In this document: positions 47,750-59,940 of the stretch, one piece after another
How positions within the stretch are numbered: the stretch's first letter is position 1
Layout: every line of letters starts with the position of its first letter
From: Squalus acanthias
Taxonomy: Eukaryota
Assembly: GCA_030390025.1 (NCBI GenBank)
Contig: CM059432.1
Span: forward strand, 60,886,001 to 60,950,000
DNA: 64,000 nucleotides
Reading direction: 5' to 3'
Position numbers and translations under genes: made by a program
The notes under the pieces: generated by a model
Told to the model about the DNA's origin: nothing
The model's database searches: none
The model's input: only the letters and a program-made list of their open reading frames with translations

Positions 47750-50020
47750 TTTTAAAAATGTATTCATTCATGGGATGTGGGCGTCACTGGCAAGGCCAGC
47801 ATTTATTGCCCATCCCTAGTTGCCCTTGAGAAGTTGGTGGTGATCTGCCTTCTTTAACTGCTGCAGTTCATGTGGTGAAGGTACTTCCACAGTGCTGTTA
47901 GGTAGGGAGCTCCAGGATTTTGAGCCAGCGACAATTAAGGAACGGTGATATATGTCCAAGTCAGGATGGTGTGTGACTTGGAGGGGAACTTGGAGGTGCT
48001 GGTGTTCCCATGCACCTGCTGCCCTTGTCCTTCTAGATGGTAGAGGTCGCGGGTTTGGGAGGTGCTGCCGAAGAAGCCTTGGTGAGTTGCTGCAGTGCAT
48101 CTTGTAGATGGTACACACTGCAGCCACGGTACGCCGGTGGTGGAGGGAGTGAATGTTTAAGGTGGTGGATGTGCTGCCGATCAAGCGGACTGCTTTGTCC
48201 TGGATGGTATCGAGCTTCTTGAGTGTTGTTGGAGCTGCACTTAACCAGGCAAGTGGAGAATTTTCCATCACACTCCTGACTTATGCCTTATAGGTAGTGC
48301 AAAGGCTTTGGGGAGTCAGGAAGTGAGTCATTCGCCGCAGAATATCCAGCCTCTGACCTGCTCTTGTAGCCACAGTATTTATATTCATTCACAGGATCTG
48401 GGCATCGCCAGCATTTATTGCCCATCCCTAATTGCCCTTTGATACAACAGAGGGCAGTTAAGAGTCAACCACATTGCTGTGGGTTTGGAGTCACATATAG
48501 ACCAGACCAGGTAAGGACAGCAGATTTCCTTCCCTGAAGGATATTAGTGAACCAGATGGGTTTTTACGACAATCTGGTAGTTTTATGGTCACCATTACGA
48601 GCTTTTTATTTCAGATTTATTTAATTGAATTTAAATTTCCCAGCTGCCATGGTGGGATCTGAACTCTGGATCATTAGTCCAGGCCTCTGGATTACTAGTC
48701 CAGTAACATAACCACTATGCTACTGTACCCTATCATATAGCCACAGTATTTATGTGGTAGGTCCAGTTAGGTTTCTGGTCAATGGTGACTCCCAGAATGT
48801 TGATGGTGGGGGATTTAATGATGCTAATGCCATTGAATGTCAAGGGGAGGTAATTAGACTCTCTCTTGTTGAAGATGGTCATTGCCTGGTACTTGTGTGG
48901 CGTAAATGTTACTTGCCACTTATCAGCCCAAGCCTGGATGTTGTCCAGGTCTTTCTGCATGTGGGCATGGTCTGCTTCATTATCTGAGAAATTGCGAATG
49001 GAACTGATAACTGCAATCATCAGCGAACATCCCCACTTCTGACCTTATGATGGAGGGAAGATCATTGATGAAGCAGCTGAAGATGGTTGGGCCTAGGACA
49101 CTGCCCTGAGGAACTCCTGTTCTAGGGATGAAATGATTGGCCACCAATAACCACAACCATCTTCCTTTGTGCTAGGTATGACTCCAGCCACTGAAGAGCT
49201 TTCCCCCGATCTCCAGTTTTACTTGGGCTTCTTGGTGGCACTCTGATGTCAAGGGCAGTTATTCTCAACTAGCCTCTGGAATTCAGTTCTTTTGTCCATG
49301 TTTGGACCAAGGCTGTAATGAGGTCTGGAGCCGAGTGGTCCTGGCGGAATTCAAACTGAACATCAGTGCACAGGTTATTGGTGAGTAAGTGATGCTTGAT
49401 AGCACTGTCGATGACACCTTCCATCACTTTGCTGATGATTGGGACTAGGCTGATAGGACGGCAATTGGCCGGATTGAATTTGTCCTGCTTTTTGTGGACA
49501 GGACATACTTGGGCAATTTTCCACTTTGTCGGGTAGATGCCAGTTTGTAGCTTTACTAGAACAGCCTGGCTAGAGGCGCAGCTAATTCTGGAGTCTTCAC
49601 AGCACTACAGCTGAGATGTTGTTGGGGCGCATTGCCTCTGTTGTATCCAGTGCGCTCAGCTGCTCCTTGATATCATGTGGAATTAATAGAATTGACTGAA
49701 GACTGGCATCTGTGATGTTGGGGACCTCAGGAGGAGGCCGAGATGGATCATCCACTCAACACTTCTGGCTGAAGATGGTTGCGAAAGCTTCAGCCTTGTC
49801 TTTTGCACTCACATGCTGAGCTCCATTATCGTTGAGGATGGGGATGTTCTTGGAGTCTCCTCCTCCCATTAGTTGTTTAAGTGTCCACCACCATTCATGA
49901 CTGGCTGTGGCAGGATGACAGAGCTTTGATCTGATCTGTTGGTTTGTGGGATCGCTTAGCTCTGACTATAGTATGCTGCTGTTTAGCATGCATGTAGTCC
50001 TGCGTTGTAGCTTCACCAGG
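47750..50020 (-). mobile_element. 5'-truncated family B LINE with nested SINE
   Basis: Colinear with 15013-16920; ORFs 47816..48271 and 48733..49020. Confidence 0.9.
48383..48737 (-). mobile_element. tRNA-derived SINE with family B LINE 3' tail
   Basis: Box A TAGCATAGTGG, anticodon-like arm CTGGA-CTAGTAA-TCCAG, box B GAGTTCAGATCCC; tail AAGGGCAATTAGGGATGGGCAATAAATGCTGG...TGAATGAAT; 16-bp TSD TAGCCACAGTATTTAT. Confidence 0.9.
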
Positions 50021-51599
50021 TGTGGAATGCAAGATGCATGATACAAACTGCATTTTGTACCATCAAGAGTAATTTATTCTGATGTTGATCATAATCAAGC
50101 ACATGTCGATACCTTTAAGAATGTTTCAATTAAATGTATCATATGATCAATAATATATAAAATGTGTAAGGCTGTGGGCTTTCAGTTTACAATGATAAAA
50201 CAGCAATGAAAAAACATAATTGATACCATTTTTGATGTTGCTTCACAATAAGGATAACAGTTATAGAAAGTAAAACCATTGGTTAAAGCCCTGTTTATCA
50301 TAGTCCTCATGGTGTGGCTTTTCTCTTAGTTTCGGAATACTTTAGTAGGTTTTACAGAATACATTAATACACTGGGAATTTTTCTGTGCTCTTGTAGAAA
50401 ATAGCAAAGCTGTATTCTGTGGTAATACAAAAGTGACCATGGAGGAATTGCTTCAATCCATAGACTCCTTTGAAACTAGCAGAGTTCCTTGACCTCATTG
50501 TTTCTTCAGTGAGTTCTCCAAATGTTGTCTCTGGAATTGGCTTCTGTCCTTCACCACATTACGAATTCTAACTCAAATCCTGACACTTGTTCAATACATC
50601 TATTTCCTTTAAAAATTGGCAAAGATCCCCACACATGTTTCCGCAGGATTCATTTCTTGTATTGTGATTCAGGTTTTACCAAAATTCTAGTTAACTATCT
50701 GAATAGATTTATTCCCTAATTGCTCCACCCTGGTTCGACAGGCTTTATCTGTCAAAGATACTTGTATGATAATGTCTGATGATTTTTAAATGCTGCAGCA
50801 TCTTTGGAAGGTACCAACTTTGTACTTTCTTGGCGCTTTGACCAAGTAAAGTGATTTTTCTTGCGAGTGATACTGCAGACTATGGGATTTGGGGAAGCCT
50901 TTACTAGGTGGATTACCTAATGTACTTTGATTCTTGATCTTTGGTAATTACCAATGAGATTCTGTTACTCTGTTTTGAATTCTTCAGGGGCACTCAGAAG
51001 GAGGTGCCCGTTTTCTTCCCCACTCTTTGCGTCGGTTATCAAACACTTACACTGCCAGTGTACATACTTCCCCTGATAGCTGAAGCATTTAAATGGTGGC
51101 AGTGAACACAATATATAGACGTTTTATATATTAGCTTTCTCAGCTCTATGTTCTGGGTCTCTGGGTATAAGATCTATTTTAATAAGTGGGAGCCCATGGA
51201 TTTAGGTCAAACCTTGGTGTTGCTGAGCCCTCTTTGGCTCTCCCTCTCCTCAGTGTCCCTGTGCTTCCTTTGAGTCTTCCTCTCTATAATGCTGAAGCAA
51301 AGTACAATTCAAAATGTTGGAAAATGCACAAAAAATGTGTCAAAAGTCAAAACTTCCTGGGAGACATGCCCTCAGACACCCCTAGAAATAAATTTTGTAC
51401 CATCAGTTTATTTCCCCTTTCAGAATTTAAAAAATCCACCACTTCAAAAATTGATCTTTTCTGTACCTAAAGTACAACTGGTGAAATACTGGGTATAACT
51501 ACAGCTAGGATTCATATCCCACTGCACTCACATTCTAACTATCTTTTTTCATATGTCATACATGAGGTCAATGGGTTTTAGTATTTTCAGAAAAACAAC

Positions 51600-51792
51600 C
51601 TGGATAGCAAAAAACCCCCCAGAAAAAGATGGAAATATTCAGCAGCATCTGTGGAGAAACAGAAGACACAGTCCTGACAAAGGGTCTAAGATTTAAGACT
51701 TCCATTTCTCCACAGATACAGTCTGACTTGATGAGGATTTTCGGCTTTTTGTATTTTTGTTTTCAGATTTCCAGCAACTGCAGTATTTTGTT
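51600..51792. mobile_element. Degenerate PLE terminus fold-back remnant
   Basis: GCAGCATCTGTGGAGAAA ... TTTCTCCACAGAT ... TTTCAGATTTCCAGCAACTGCAGTATTTTG. Confidence 0.55.
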
Positions 51793-51931
51793 TTTTTGTT
51801 TAACCTGAATTGTGGAATGTGATCCCAAAATACTAATAAATGTCCTGAAATTCAATTAAATAAAAAAGGAATTTAACTTATCCAGTGGTCTTGGTCATGG
51901 GCCTTTATTCAGGGTTGTTTTTCAGTTGTAA

Positions 51932-54508
51932 TTGTTTTTTAGTCATTTTTTTGGGGTCTGTGTCAGCTTTTGGGTGGAGATAAGGAATAATAAGGGGAAA
52001 AAAACATTAGTGGGCGTAGTCTATAGGCCTCCGAACAGTTGCAACTCTATTGGACGGAGTATCAATCAGGAAATAGTTGAGGCATGTAATAAGGGAACAT
52101 CTATAATTATGGGGGATTTTAACTATCATATTAATTGGACAAATCAAATGGGGCAGGGCTGCCTTGAGGATGAGTTCATTGAGTGTATTAGGGATGGGTT
52201 TCTTGAGCAGTATGTAACTGAACCGACCAGGGGGCAAGCAACCTTAGATCTGGTCCTGTGTAACGAGACAGGATTAATTAAAAATGTCCTAGTAAAGGAT
52301 CCCCTTGGAATGAGTGACCATAACATGGTTGAATTCCATATTCAATTAGAGGGTGAGAAGGTTGGATCTCAAACAAGCGTGCTAAGCTTGAATAAAGGAG
52401 ACTATGAAGGTATGCGAGCGGAATTGAGTAGAGTGGATTGGGAAAATAGATTAAAGGGTAAGACGACACATGATCAGTGGTGTACATTCAAGGAGTTATT
52501 TTACAACTTCCAAAAAAAATATATTCCACTGAAAAGAAAAGGGTGTAAAAGAAAGGACAGTCATCCGTGGCTAAGTAAAGAAATTAAGGATAGTATTCGA
52601 CTAAAAACAAGGGCATATAAGGTAGCGAAATCTAGTGGGAGGACAGAGGATTGGGAAAACTTTAAAAGGCAGCAAATAATAACAAAAAGATTGATTAAGA
52701 AAGGGAAGATAGATTATGAAAGTAAATTAGCAAAAAATATAAAAACAGATAGTAAGAGTTTTTATAGTTATATAAAAAGAAAAAGGGTGGCTAAAGTAAA
52801 TGTTGGTCCCTTAGAGGATGAGACCGGGAAATTAATGGTGGGAAATATGGAGATGGCAAAAACACTGAATGAATATTTTGTATCAGTCTTTACAGTAGAG
52901 GACACTAAGAATATCCCAACACTGGACAAACAGGGGGCTATAGGGGGAGAGGAGCTAAACACGATCAAAATCACTAAGGAAGTGGTACTCGGTAAAATAA
53001 TGGGACTCAAGGCGGATAAATCACCTGGACCTGATGGCTTACATCCTAGAGTCTTGAAGGAAGTGGCGGTAGGGATTGTAGATGCATTGGTAATAATTTT
53101 TCAAAACTCCCTGGATTCCGCTAAGGTCCCGGCAGACTGGAAAACTGCTAATGTAACACCCTTATTTAAAAAGGGCAGTAGACAGAAGGCTGGTAACTAT
53201 AGACCGGTTAGCCTAACATCTGTGGTAGGTAAAATTTTGGAGTCCATTATTAAGGAAACAGTAACAGGACATTTGGATAATCATAATTTAATAGGACAAA
53301 GTCAGCATGGTTTTACGAAGGGGAAGTCATGTTTGACAAATTTGCTGGAGTTCTTTGAGGAAGTAACATATAGAGTGGATAAAGGGGAACCAGTGGACGT
53401 AGTGTATTTGGACTTCCAAAAGGCATTTGACAAGGTGCCACACAAAAGATTATTGCTTAAGGTAAAAAATCACGGGATTGGGGGTAATATTCTGGCATGG
53501 ATAGAGGATTGGCTATCTAACAGAAAGCAAAGAGTTGGGATAAATGGTTCATTCTCAGACTGGCAATCAGTAACTAGTGGTGTTCCACAGGGGTCAGTGC
53601 TGGGTCCCCAACTCTTCACAATCTATATTAACGATTTGGAGGAAGGGACCAAGTGTAACATATCAAAATTTGCAGATGATACAAAGATGGGAGGGAAAGT
53701 AGTGAGTGAGGAGGACATAAAAAACCTGCAAGGGGACATAGACAGGCTAAGTAAGTGGGCAGAGATTTGGCAGATGGAATACAACACTGGAAAGTGTGAG
53801 GTGATGCACTTTGGCAGGAAAAATCCTAGAGCAATTTATTATCTTAATGGCAAGAAACTGGAGAGTACTGAAGTGCAAAGGGATCTGGGGGTCCTGGTGC
53901 ACGAAACTCAAAAGGTTAGTATGCAGGTGCAGCAAGTGATTAAGAAGGCAAATGGAATGTTGGCTTTCATTGCTAGGGGGATAGAATATAAAAATAGGGA
54001 GGTATTGCTTCAGTTGTACAAGGTATTGGTGAGACCGCACCTGGAATACTGCATACAGTTTTGGTGTCCTTACTTAAGGAAAGACATCCTTGCTCTCGAG
54101 GCAGTGCAAAAAAGGTTCACTCGGTTAATCCCGGGGATGAGGGGGTGGTCATATGAGGAGAGGTTGGGTAGATTGGGACTCTACTCATTGGAGTTCAGAA
54201 GAATGAGAGGCGATCTTATTGAAACATATAAGATTGTGAAGGGGTTGGATTGGGTGGATGCGGGGAGGATGTTCCCGATGACGGGTGAGACGAGAACTAG
54301 GGGACATAGTCTTAGAATAAGGGGCTGCTCTTTCAAAACTGAGATGAGGAGGAACTACTTCACTCAGAGGGTGGTAGGTCCATGGAATATGCTGCCACAA
54401 AAAGCTGTAGAAGCTACAACATTAATTAAATTTAAAACAGAAATAGACAGTTTCCTAGAAGTAAAGGGCATTAAGGGTTACGGGGAGCGGGCAGGAATTT
54501 GGACATGA
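51932..54508 (+). CDS. CR1 ORF2 (partial AP endonuclease plus complete reverse transcriptase), open for 858 codons; true N-terminus missing
   Basis: GVVYRPP, MGDFN, SDH (APE); [40 protein letters not shown] (RT). The first ~12 residues are flanking DNA. Confidence 0.9.
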   Translation: MFFSHFFGVCVSFWVEIRNNKGKKTLVGVVYRPPNSCNSIGRSINQEIVEACNKGTSIIMGDFNYHINWTNQMGQGCLEDEFIECIRDGFLEQYVTEPTRGQATLDLVLCNETGLIKNVLVKDPLGMSDHNMVEFHIQLEGEKVGSQTSVLSLNKGDYEGMRAELSRVDWENRLKGKTTHDQWCTFKELFYNFQKKYIPLKRKGCKRKDSHPWLSKEIKDSIRLKTRAYKVAKSSGRTEDWENFKRQQIITKRLIKKGKIDYESKLAKNIKTDSKSFYSYIKRKRVAKVNVGPLEDETGKLMVGNMEMAKTLNEYFVSVFTVEDTKNIPTLDKQGAIGGEELNTIKITKEVVLGKIMGLKADKSPGPDGLHPRVLKEVAVGIVDALVIIFQNSLDSAKVPADWKTANVTPLFKKGSRQKAGNYRPVSLTSVVGKILESIIKETVTGHLDNHNLIGQSQHGFTKGKSCLTNLLEFFEEVTYRVDKGEPVDVVYLDFQKAFDKVPHKRLLLKVKNHGIGGNILAWIEDWLSNRKQRVGINGSFSDWQSVTSGVPQGSVLGPQLFTIYINDLEEGTKCNISKFADDTKMGGKVVSEEDIKNLQGDIDRLSKWAEIWQMEYNTGKCEVMHFGRKNPRAIYYLNGKKLESTEVQRDLGVLVHETQKVSMQVQQVIKKANGMLAFIARGIEYKNREVLLQLYKVLVRPHLEYCIQFWCPYLRKDILALEAVQKRFTRLIPGMRGWSYEERLGRLGLYSLEFRRMRGDLIETYKIVKGLDWVDAGRMFPMTGETRTRGHSLRIRGCSFKTEMRRNYFTQRVVGPWNMLPQKAVEATTLIKFKTEIDSFLEVKGIKGYGERAGIWT

Positions 54509-54743
54509 GTCTAGGTTCGGATCGGTCATGGCCCTGTGGGTAGTGGAGCGGGCCCAGGGACTGTGTAGCCTGATTCTGCTCCTATTTCGTGTGTGCAATT
54601 CTGTTAGATGCAGGAGATGGTTCTGTGATAGATAGTAGATTGGCGGTTAGGATCAGATCAGCCATGATCTTATTGAATGGCGGAGCAGGCTCGAGGGGCC
54701 GATTGGCCTACTCCTGCTCCTATTTCTTATGTTCTTATGTTCT
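51970..54743 (+). mobile_element. Young 5'-truncated CR1 LINE
   Basis: Uninterrupted ORF2 followed by 3' UTR and (TTCTTATG)n tail. Confidence 0.97.
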
Positions 54744-54924
54744 TTCTTAGTTTTGTAGGTGGGCACTTATGAATAAATGACATATAAGCAGAAATAACAA
54801 CAGAAAATGCTGGAAACACTCAGCAGGTCAAACTGTACTATAGAGTACAGGTCATGGAGACTTAGTAGAGTAAAAGAAAACAGTTTGTATATAGTTCCTG
54901 TAAAATCAAACCTGCTTATATGTC

Positions 54925-56137
54925 AATAGCAAAATACTACAGATGCTGGAAATCTGAAATAACAACAGAAAATGCTGGAAACAGTCAGCAGGTCAGGCAG
55001 CATCGAGGAGAGAGAAACAGAGTCAACGTTTCGAGTCGGGGACCCTTTGTCAGGACTGGAAAAGGTTAGAGAAGAGAGATTTTTAAGCAGGGGCAGGGAG
55101 GAGGGGAGGAAAGAACAAAGGGAAGGTCTGTGATAGGATGGAAGGCAGGAGAGATTGACTGACAAAAGGGATGATGGTGCAAGGCAAAAGGAGAGATAAT
55201 GGGACAAGTTAAGAAACAAAAGATGGCTCTAGATGAGGTGTGAATGATGATGGCAGCATCATTAACAGCTACCATGTGAGAAAACAAGCGAAAAAAATAA
55301 AAATATAAAGAAATACAGGTTATAGTCTGAAATTGTTGAACTCGATGTTGAGTCCAGAAGGTTGTAAAGTGCCTAATAGAAAGATGAGATGCTGTTCCTC
55401 GAGCTTATGTTGAACTTCGTTGGAACAGTGTAAGAGGCCGAGGACAGAGAGATCAGAGTGGGAGTGGAGGGGAGAATTAAAATGACAGGCGACCGGAAGC
55501 ACCAGGTCATGCTTGCGGACTGAACGGAGGTGTTCTGCAAAGCGGTCAGCCAATCTGCGTTTGGTCTCCCCAATGTAGAGGAGACCGCATTGTGAACAGC
55601 GAATACTGTATACTAATTTGTAAGAAGTACAATTAAATCGTTGTTTCACCTGGAAGGAGTGTTTGGGGCCCTGGACAGTGGGAAGGGAGGAGGTGAAAGG
55701 GCAGGTGTTGCATCTCCTGCGCTTGCATGGGAAGGTGCCGGGCGAAGCGGAAGGGGTGTTGGGGGCAATAGAGGAGTGGACCAGGGTGTCGCGGAGGGAG
55801 CAGTCCCTTCAGAATGCTGAAAGGGGGGGCGGGGGGATGAGGGGCAGATGTGTTTGGTGGTGGGATCACGCTGGAGGTGCCAGAAATGGCGCAGGATGAT
55901 CTGTTGAATGTTGAGGCTGGTGGGGTGAAAAGTGAGGACAAGGGGAACCCTATTGTGGGAGGGAGGGAAGGGGTGAGAGCAGAAGTGCGGGAAATAGAAC
56001 GGACACGGTCAAGGGCCGTGTCAACCACGGTCAAGGGCCGTGTCAACCACGGTCAAGGGCCGTGTCAACAAGCAAGACATACCGGAAGCACCAGTATGGA
56101 AGGTGGCATCGTCAGAACAGATGCGGCGGAGACGGAG
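54925..56137 (-). mobile_element. 5'-truncated Penelope-like element with inverted terminal copy
   Basis: GIY-YIG ORF 55320..55649 (LVYSIRCSQCGLLYIGETKRRLADRFAEH); hammerhead-like motifs with a core mutation (CTGACAA) at 55021-55057 (-) and 56553-56589 (+). Confidence 0.92.
56004..56069. repeat. 22-bp perfect triplication inside the PLE
   Basis: CACGGTCAAGGGCCGTGTCAAC x3; single copy in the homologous PLE at ~61496-61517. Confidence 0.95.
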
Positions 56138-58266
56138 AATTCTCCCCTCCACTCCCACTCTGATCTTTCCGTCCTCGGCCTCTTACACTGTTCCAACGAA
56201 GTTCAACATAAGCTCGAGGAACAGCACCTCATCTTTCTATTAGGCACTTTACAGCCTTCTGGACTTAACATCGAGTTCAACAATTTCAGACTATAACCTG
56301 TATTTCTTTATATATTTTTTCTCTTGTTTTCTCACATGGTAGCTGTTAATGATGCTGCCATCATCATTCACACCTCATCTAGAGTCATCTTTTGTTCTTA
56401 ACTTGTCCCATTATCTCTCCTTTTGCCTTGCACCATCATCCCTTTTGTCAGTCAATCTCTCCTGCCTTCCATCCTATCACAGACCTTCCCTTTGTTCTTT
56501 CCTCCCCTCCTCCCTGCCCCTGCTTAAAAATCTCTCTTCTCTAACCTTTTCCAGTTCTGACAAAGGGTCCCCGACTCGAAACGTTGACTCTGTTTCTCTC
56601 TCCACGATGCTGCCTGACCTGCTGACTGTTTCCAGCATTTTCTGTTGTTATTTCGGATTTCCAGCATCTGTAGTATTTTGCTATTGACATATAAGCAGGT
56701 TTGATTTTACAGGAACTATATACAAACTGTTTTCTTTTACACTACTAAGTCTCCATGACCTGTATTCCACAGTACAGTTTGAGTAATTATATAGAAATCT
56801 TACTGCAGACATCAAAAAAGAAATGTATTCATCAAAGTGTTCATTATCATCCAAATTTCATAGACTTGAACAAGTCAGTAACCTAGTGAGCTGCAGCGGT
56901 AAAACTTCACTGATTAATATCAGCTCTGAAACAAACCTAAAGATCACTTTTGAAAACAAGCTAAGCTAAAAATTCTTTCCAATTATTTGCATTATAAAGT
57001 GATAATATTTTGAGTTTTATCAAATATAAAAATAGTTGCATAGTATATCTCAATATATAGCTTTGTTATACTTATGATTAATCAGAAATGTTTAGTATGA
57101 CAAAGAGACAATTTGCTAAACAATTATGGGCACTACTGGAAATGGTTGCCATTTGAACTGCTAGGCTTCCATTCAAACTGCATCTTTCTGTATACCTGGC
57201 AGGCCACTAAAATGTTAGACCTAATGATAACAAAGATGAGTTCCTATATTCAACGGAAATCCAACTAATCAAATGATTACAGCTAATATGCAACAGGATT
57301 AAGATGAAAAGGCCAAGAAGCTGGAAGCCTTTTTTCTCATAATATAAAATAAAACAACTCTAGATGGTGAGTGGATACGGTTAAAAAGCTGCAACTTGCG
57401 CATCAAATTTAATTTGAATACTCATGTCATCCTCCTTTGAAAAATAAATGTGTTCTAAAACAAGAATTTAAATACAATTTTTCCTGAGCATTGCTACTTT
57501 TGATAATATGGCTCCTGCCTTGAGGCAACTATCCACCTCCTTGTTTACTTCTTTATATCTGGCAAGCAGTCTACAAAAAATTGTGTTACCAGGTAACAAT
57601 CTTCACTGAAATGCAGAGGTTCTAAAGGTATAGGGCATTAATCCTTTGAAGAACTGCATCAGTATCTCCATTGCATACAAAAATAAATACAAAATATTAA
57701 CATCTTCCATTTTACTTGTATAGTATGGGGCTGAAAATCTGCAGCTGTTACAGACTCCTAAATTTGGTGGGAGTCTGCCAGAACAGCTGTAAGCTTGCCT
57801 AGAGACTAGCTACGCCAGGATTTTGGGATGGCCTTGTGGGGTGGCGATTACACGCACCCCCACAAGCCCATCGATATGAGAGGAGATCCTTCCTATGTTG
57901 CGAGTTCCTGCGCCCTGGCCCTCAGTCGAGACCTGACATAGTAACAGCATAGGTATCCCTGGTCTTACCAGGTGTATGTCGCTAACATCTAGCAGAAATG
58001 AGGCCCACCTGGGAGTCTAGGCTGGGATTCCCCCTGAAGATCAGGGGTGCAATTTTTTTTATTTTTAAAGCGACCCTCCCAAGAACAGGTTTGGAACCTT
58101 TGCCCCGTCCCGGTAACCTTCGGCCAGTATTTCAGGCCTCTTTGGTAAGGACAGCGGGGGCACCACAGATGCCATCCCCAAACCAACAAAAGCCCACTTC
58201 CTTCTGGACAGTGGTGGAGTCTATCCCTCCCAACACACCCATGGATTTTTGGGCATTATATACATA

Positions 58267-58710
58267 GGGGGAAAAATTGGGTTGCTTTGCGCCTCCCGAC
58301 GGGGCGCAAAGCAACTAGCGCCCGGGCGCTCCGTCGCCCACGCCTCCCGCGAAATTCAGCGGGAGGTTAGCGGCGGCGCTAACCGGTAGCGCCCTGCGGT
58401 GCTGCGCCGCCGGCGATGATGTCATCGCCGTGCGCAGCACCCCGGCCACGATCTTCGGGAGCGCCCCCTGACTTACCGCCGGACGCTATGTCCGACAGGG
58501 TCAGGGGGGCCTACCTGCGGCCAGGGAGGCGCAATTTAAAGGCGAGGTGCGGGGCGGCCATTTTTGTTGCTGGCCACCTTCCAGCACCTGCCTCCGCTCC
58601 CGTCCCCGGCCTCCTGAACTGCCTCCCCCGCGGAGTGCCAGCTGCGCTCCAAGAACCCGGCACTTCTCGGCTCTTTTGCCGGCACTCCCGATCCCCAAGG
58701 ACCCAGCTAA
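58267..58710. mobile_element. Truncated GC-rich Harbinger-type MITE
   Basis: TIR GGGGGAAAAATTG; highly similar to 35062-35485. Confidence 0.82.
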
Positions 58711-59384
58711 AAGCCCATATTCTATAGGGTGTTGTATAATATAGAGGCTTGGAAAAACATGTGTTGTGAACAAGTCGGTTTCTCAGAAACAAAGAAAGCC
58801 TTTGTTGTTCAGAGTAAATAAAATCTTGGAATTGAGCCACACAGGATGTGAACATTTTTAAATTAGCTACAAATCAATTGTAAGTAGGAGAGAACATTTT
58901 GTATCAAGCTTCAAAGTACTTCAGTAACAGCATTCGTGTTACATTAGGCCAAAGCTTTGTTCAAAGTCTACAGTTGACACTCACACAAACCTGTCTACTT
59001 TTAGTTGCTGCTATGATAACTACCCAGAGGGGAATGTCAGGTTAGCCAGGAGCTTGGGACATAATTGCTACATTTGAGACCTAATAGTCATGTAAGGCTT
59101 CTCTTCTGAAAAAAATAAATATTGTTGCACTTGAATGAATAAATTAGATTTAGAAGCATATTCCACAATCCCAGGCAAAATGGCCCAGGATTACTGCACA
59201 CAAATGCACTTGCACAAGTGGAGTGGAGAACTGACTTCAATAGATTTGGCATGGTGAACTAATTAAAATAATTTGCAGGTGCTTCATGTATTTTTTTTCC
59301 AAGTATAGGGAGTTATGGGTGCTTGTGGGTGAGGAATAGGGAGAGCAGCAGCTTCTAAAGGGCCGTGGCTCTTTTCTAAATGGC

Positions 59385-59940
59385 AGGCAGTTAAAATCGT
59401 CCATGGGACTCACCCACCGACGTCCGACACTGATCCCACAGGTTCCTATTTTAACCTTCTCTTTTGAGCAGGCAAAGGGACACAAGCTGGAAACCGGTGT
59501 GGTTCCTCTTTAAGTATGACCCTGATGATGTCATTTAGACCCTACTGCTATTTTAGCCAGAGGTCTGCATAGTGAAGCTGTCAGGGCTTGAAGAGGCCCA
59601 AAAATGTCGTGTTTTAAACTTTTCTTGAGGCCAGGAAGAGTAGGAGTACTTCTCCAGGCCCAACATGGAAAATTTAGGCCCATCCTCCGATCGTGAGGAC
59701 CTCCCAAACTTCCTCCCTGCGACTTACCCTAGTGCTGGTGACAGCGGCCTCCTGCTGCTCAACCGTGCGCCCCTGCCCGCGGGCCGGCTGCCACTTCCCG
59801 CCAGTTTCAGGCGGAAGATTGACTTATGCTATGCAGATGAGGCCCAGGAGTTAAAATCTCCAGGCCTCATGCGGCAGAGTTTGGGACGGTTTGGCACCTG
59901 TCTCGGCCCCGCCCACCCAGAGTTAAGAAAATTGGGACGT
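59385..59940. mobile_element. Harbinger-type MITE, degenerate
   Basis: Core GGCCAGGAAGAGTAGGAGTACTT...GACTTACC shared with 726-1256; ends unclear. Confidence 0.55.

Larger units (their letters stand above)
54828..56782. repeat. Long inverted repeat: arms 54828-55478 and 56138-56782
   Basis: Arms are near-identical reverse complements throughout, including ~100 bp outside the usual PLE terminus. Confidence 0.95.

Noticed and set aside
50400..51050. Possible decayed coding sequence on the minus strand
   Set aside because: Multiple stops in the frames I read and no family motif identified.
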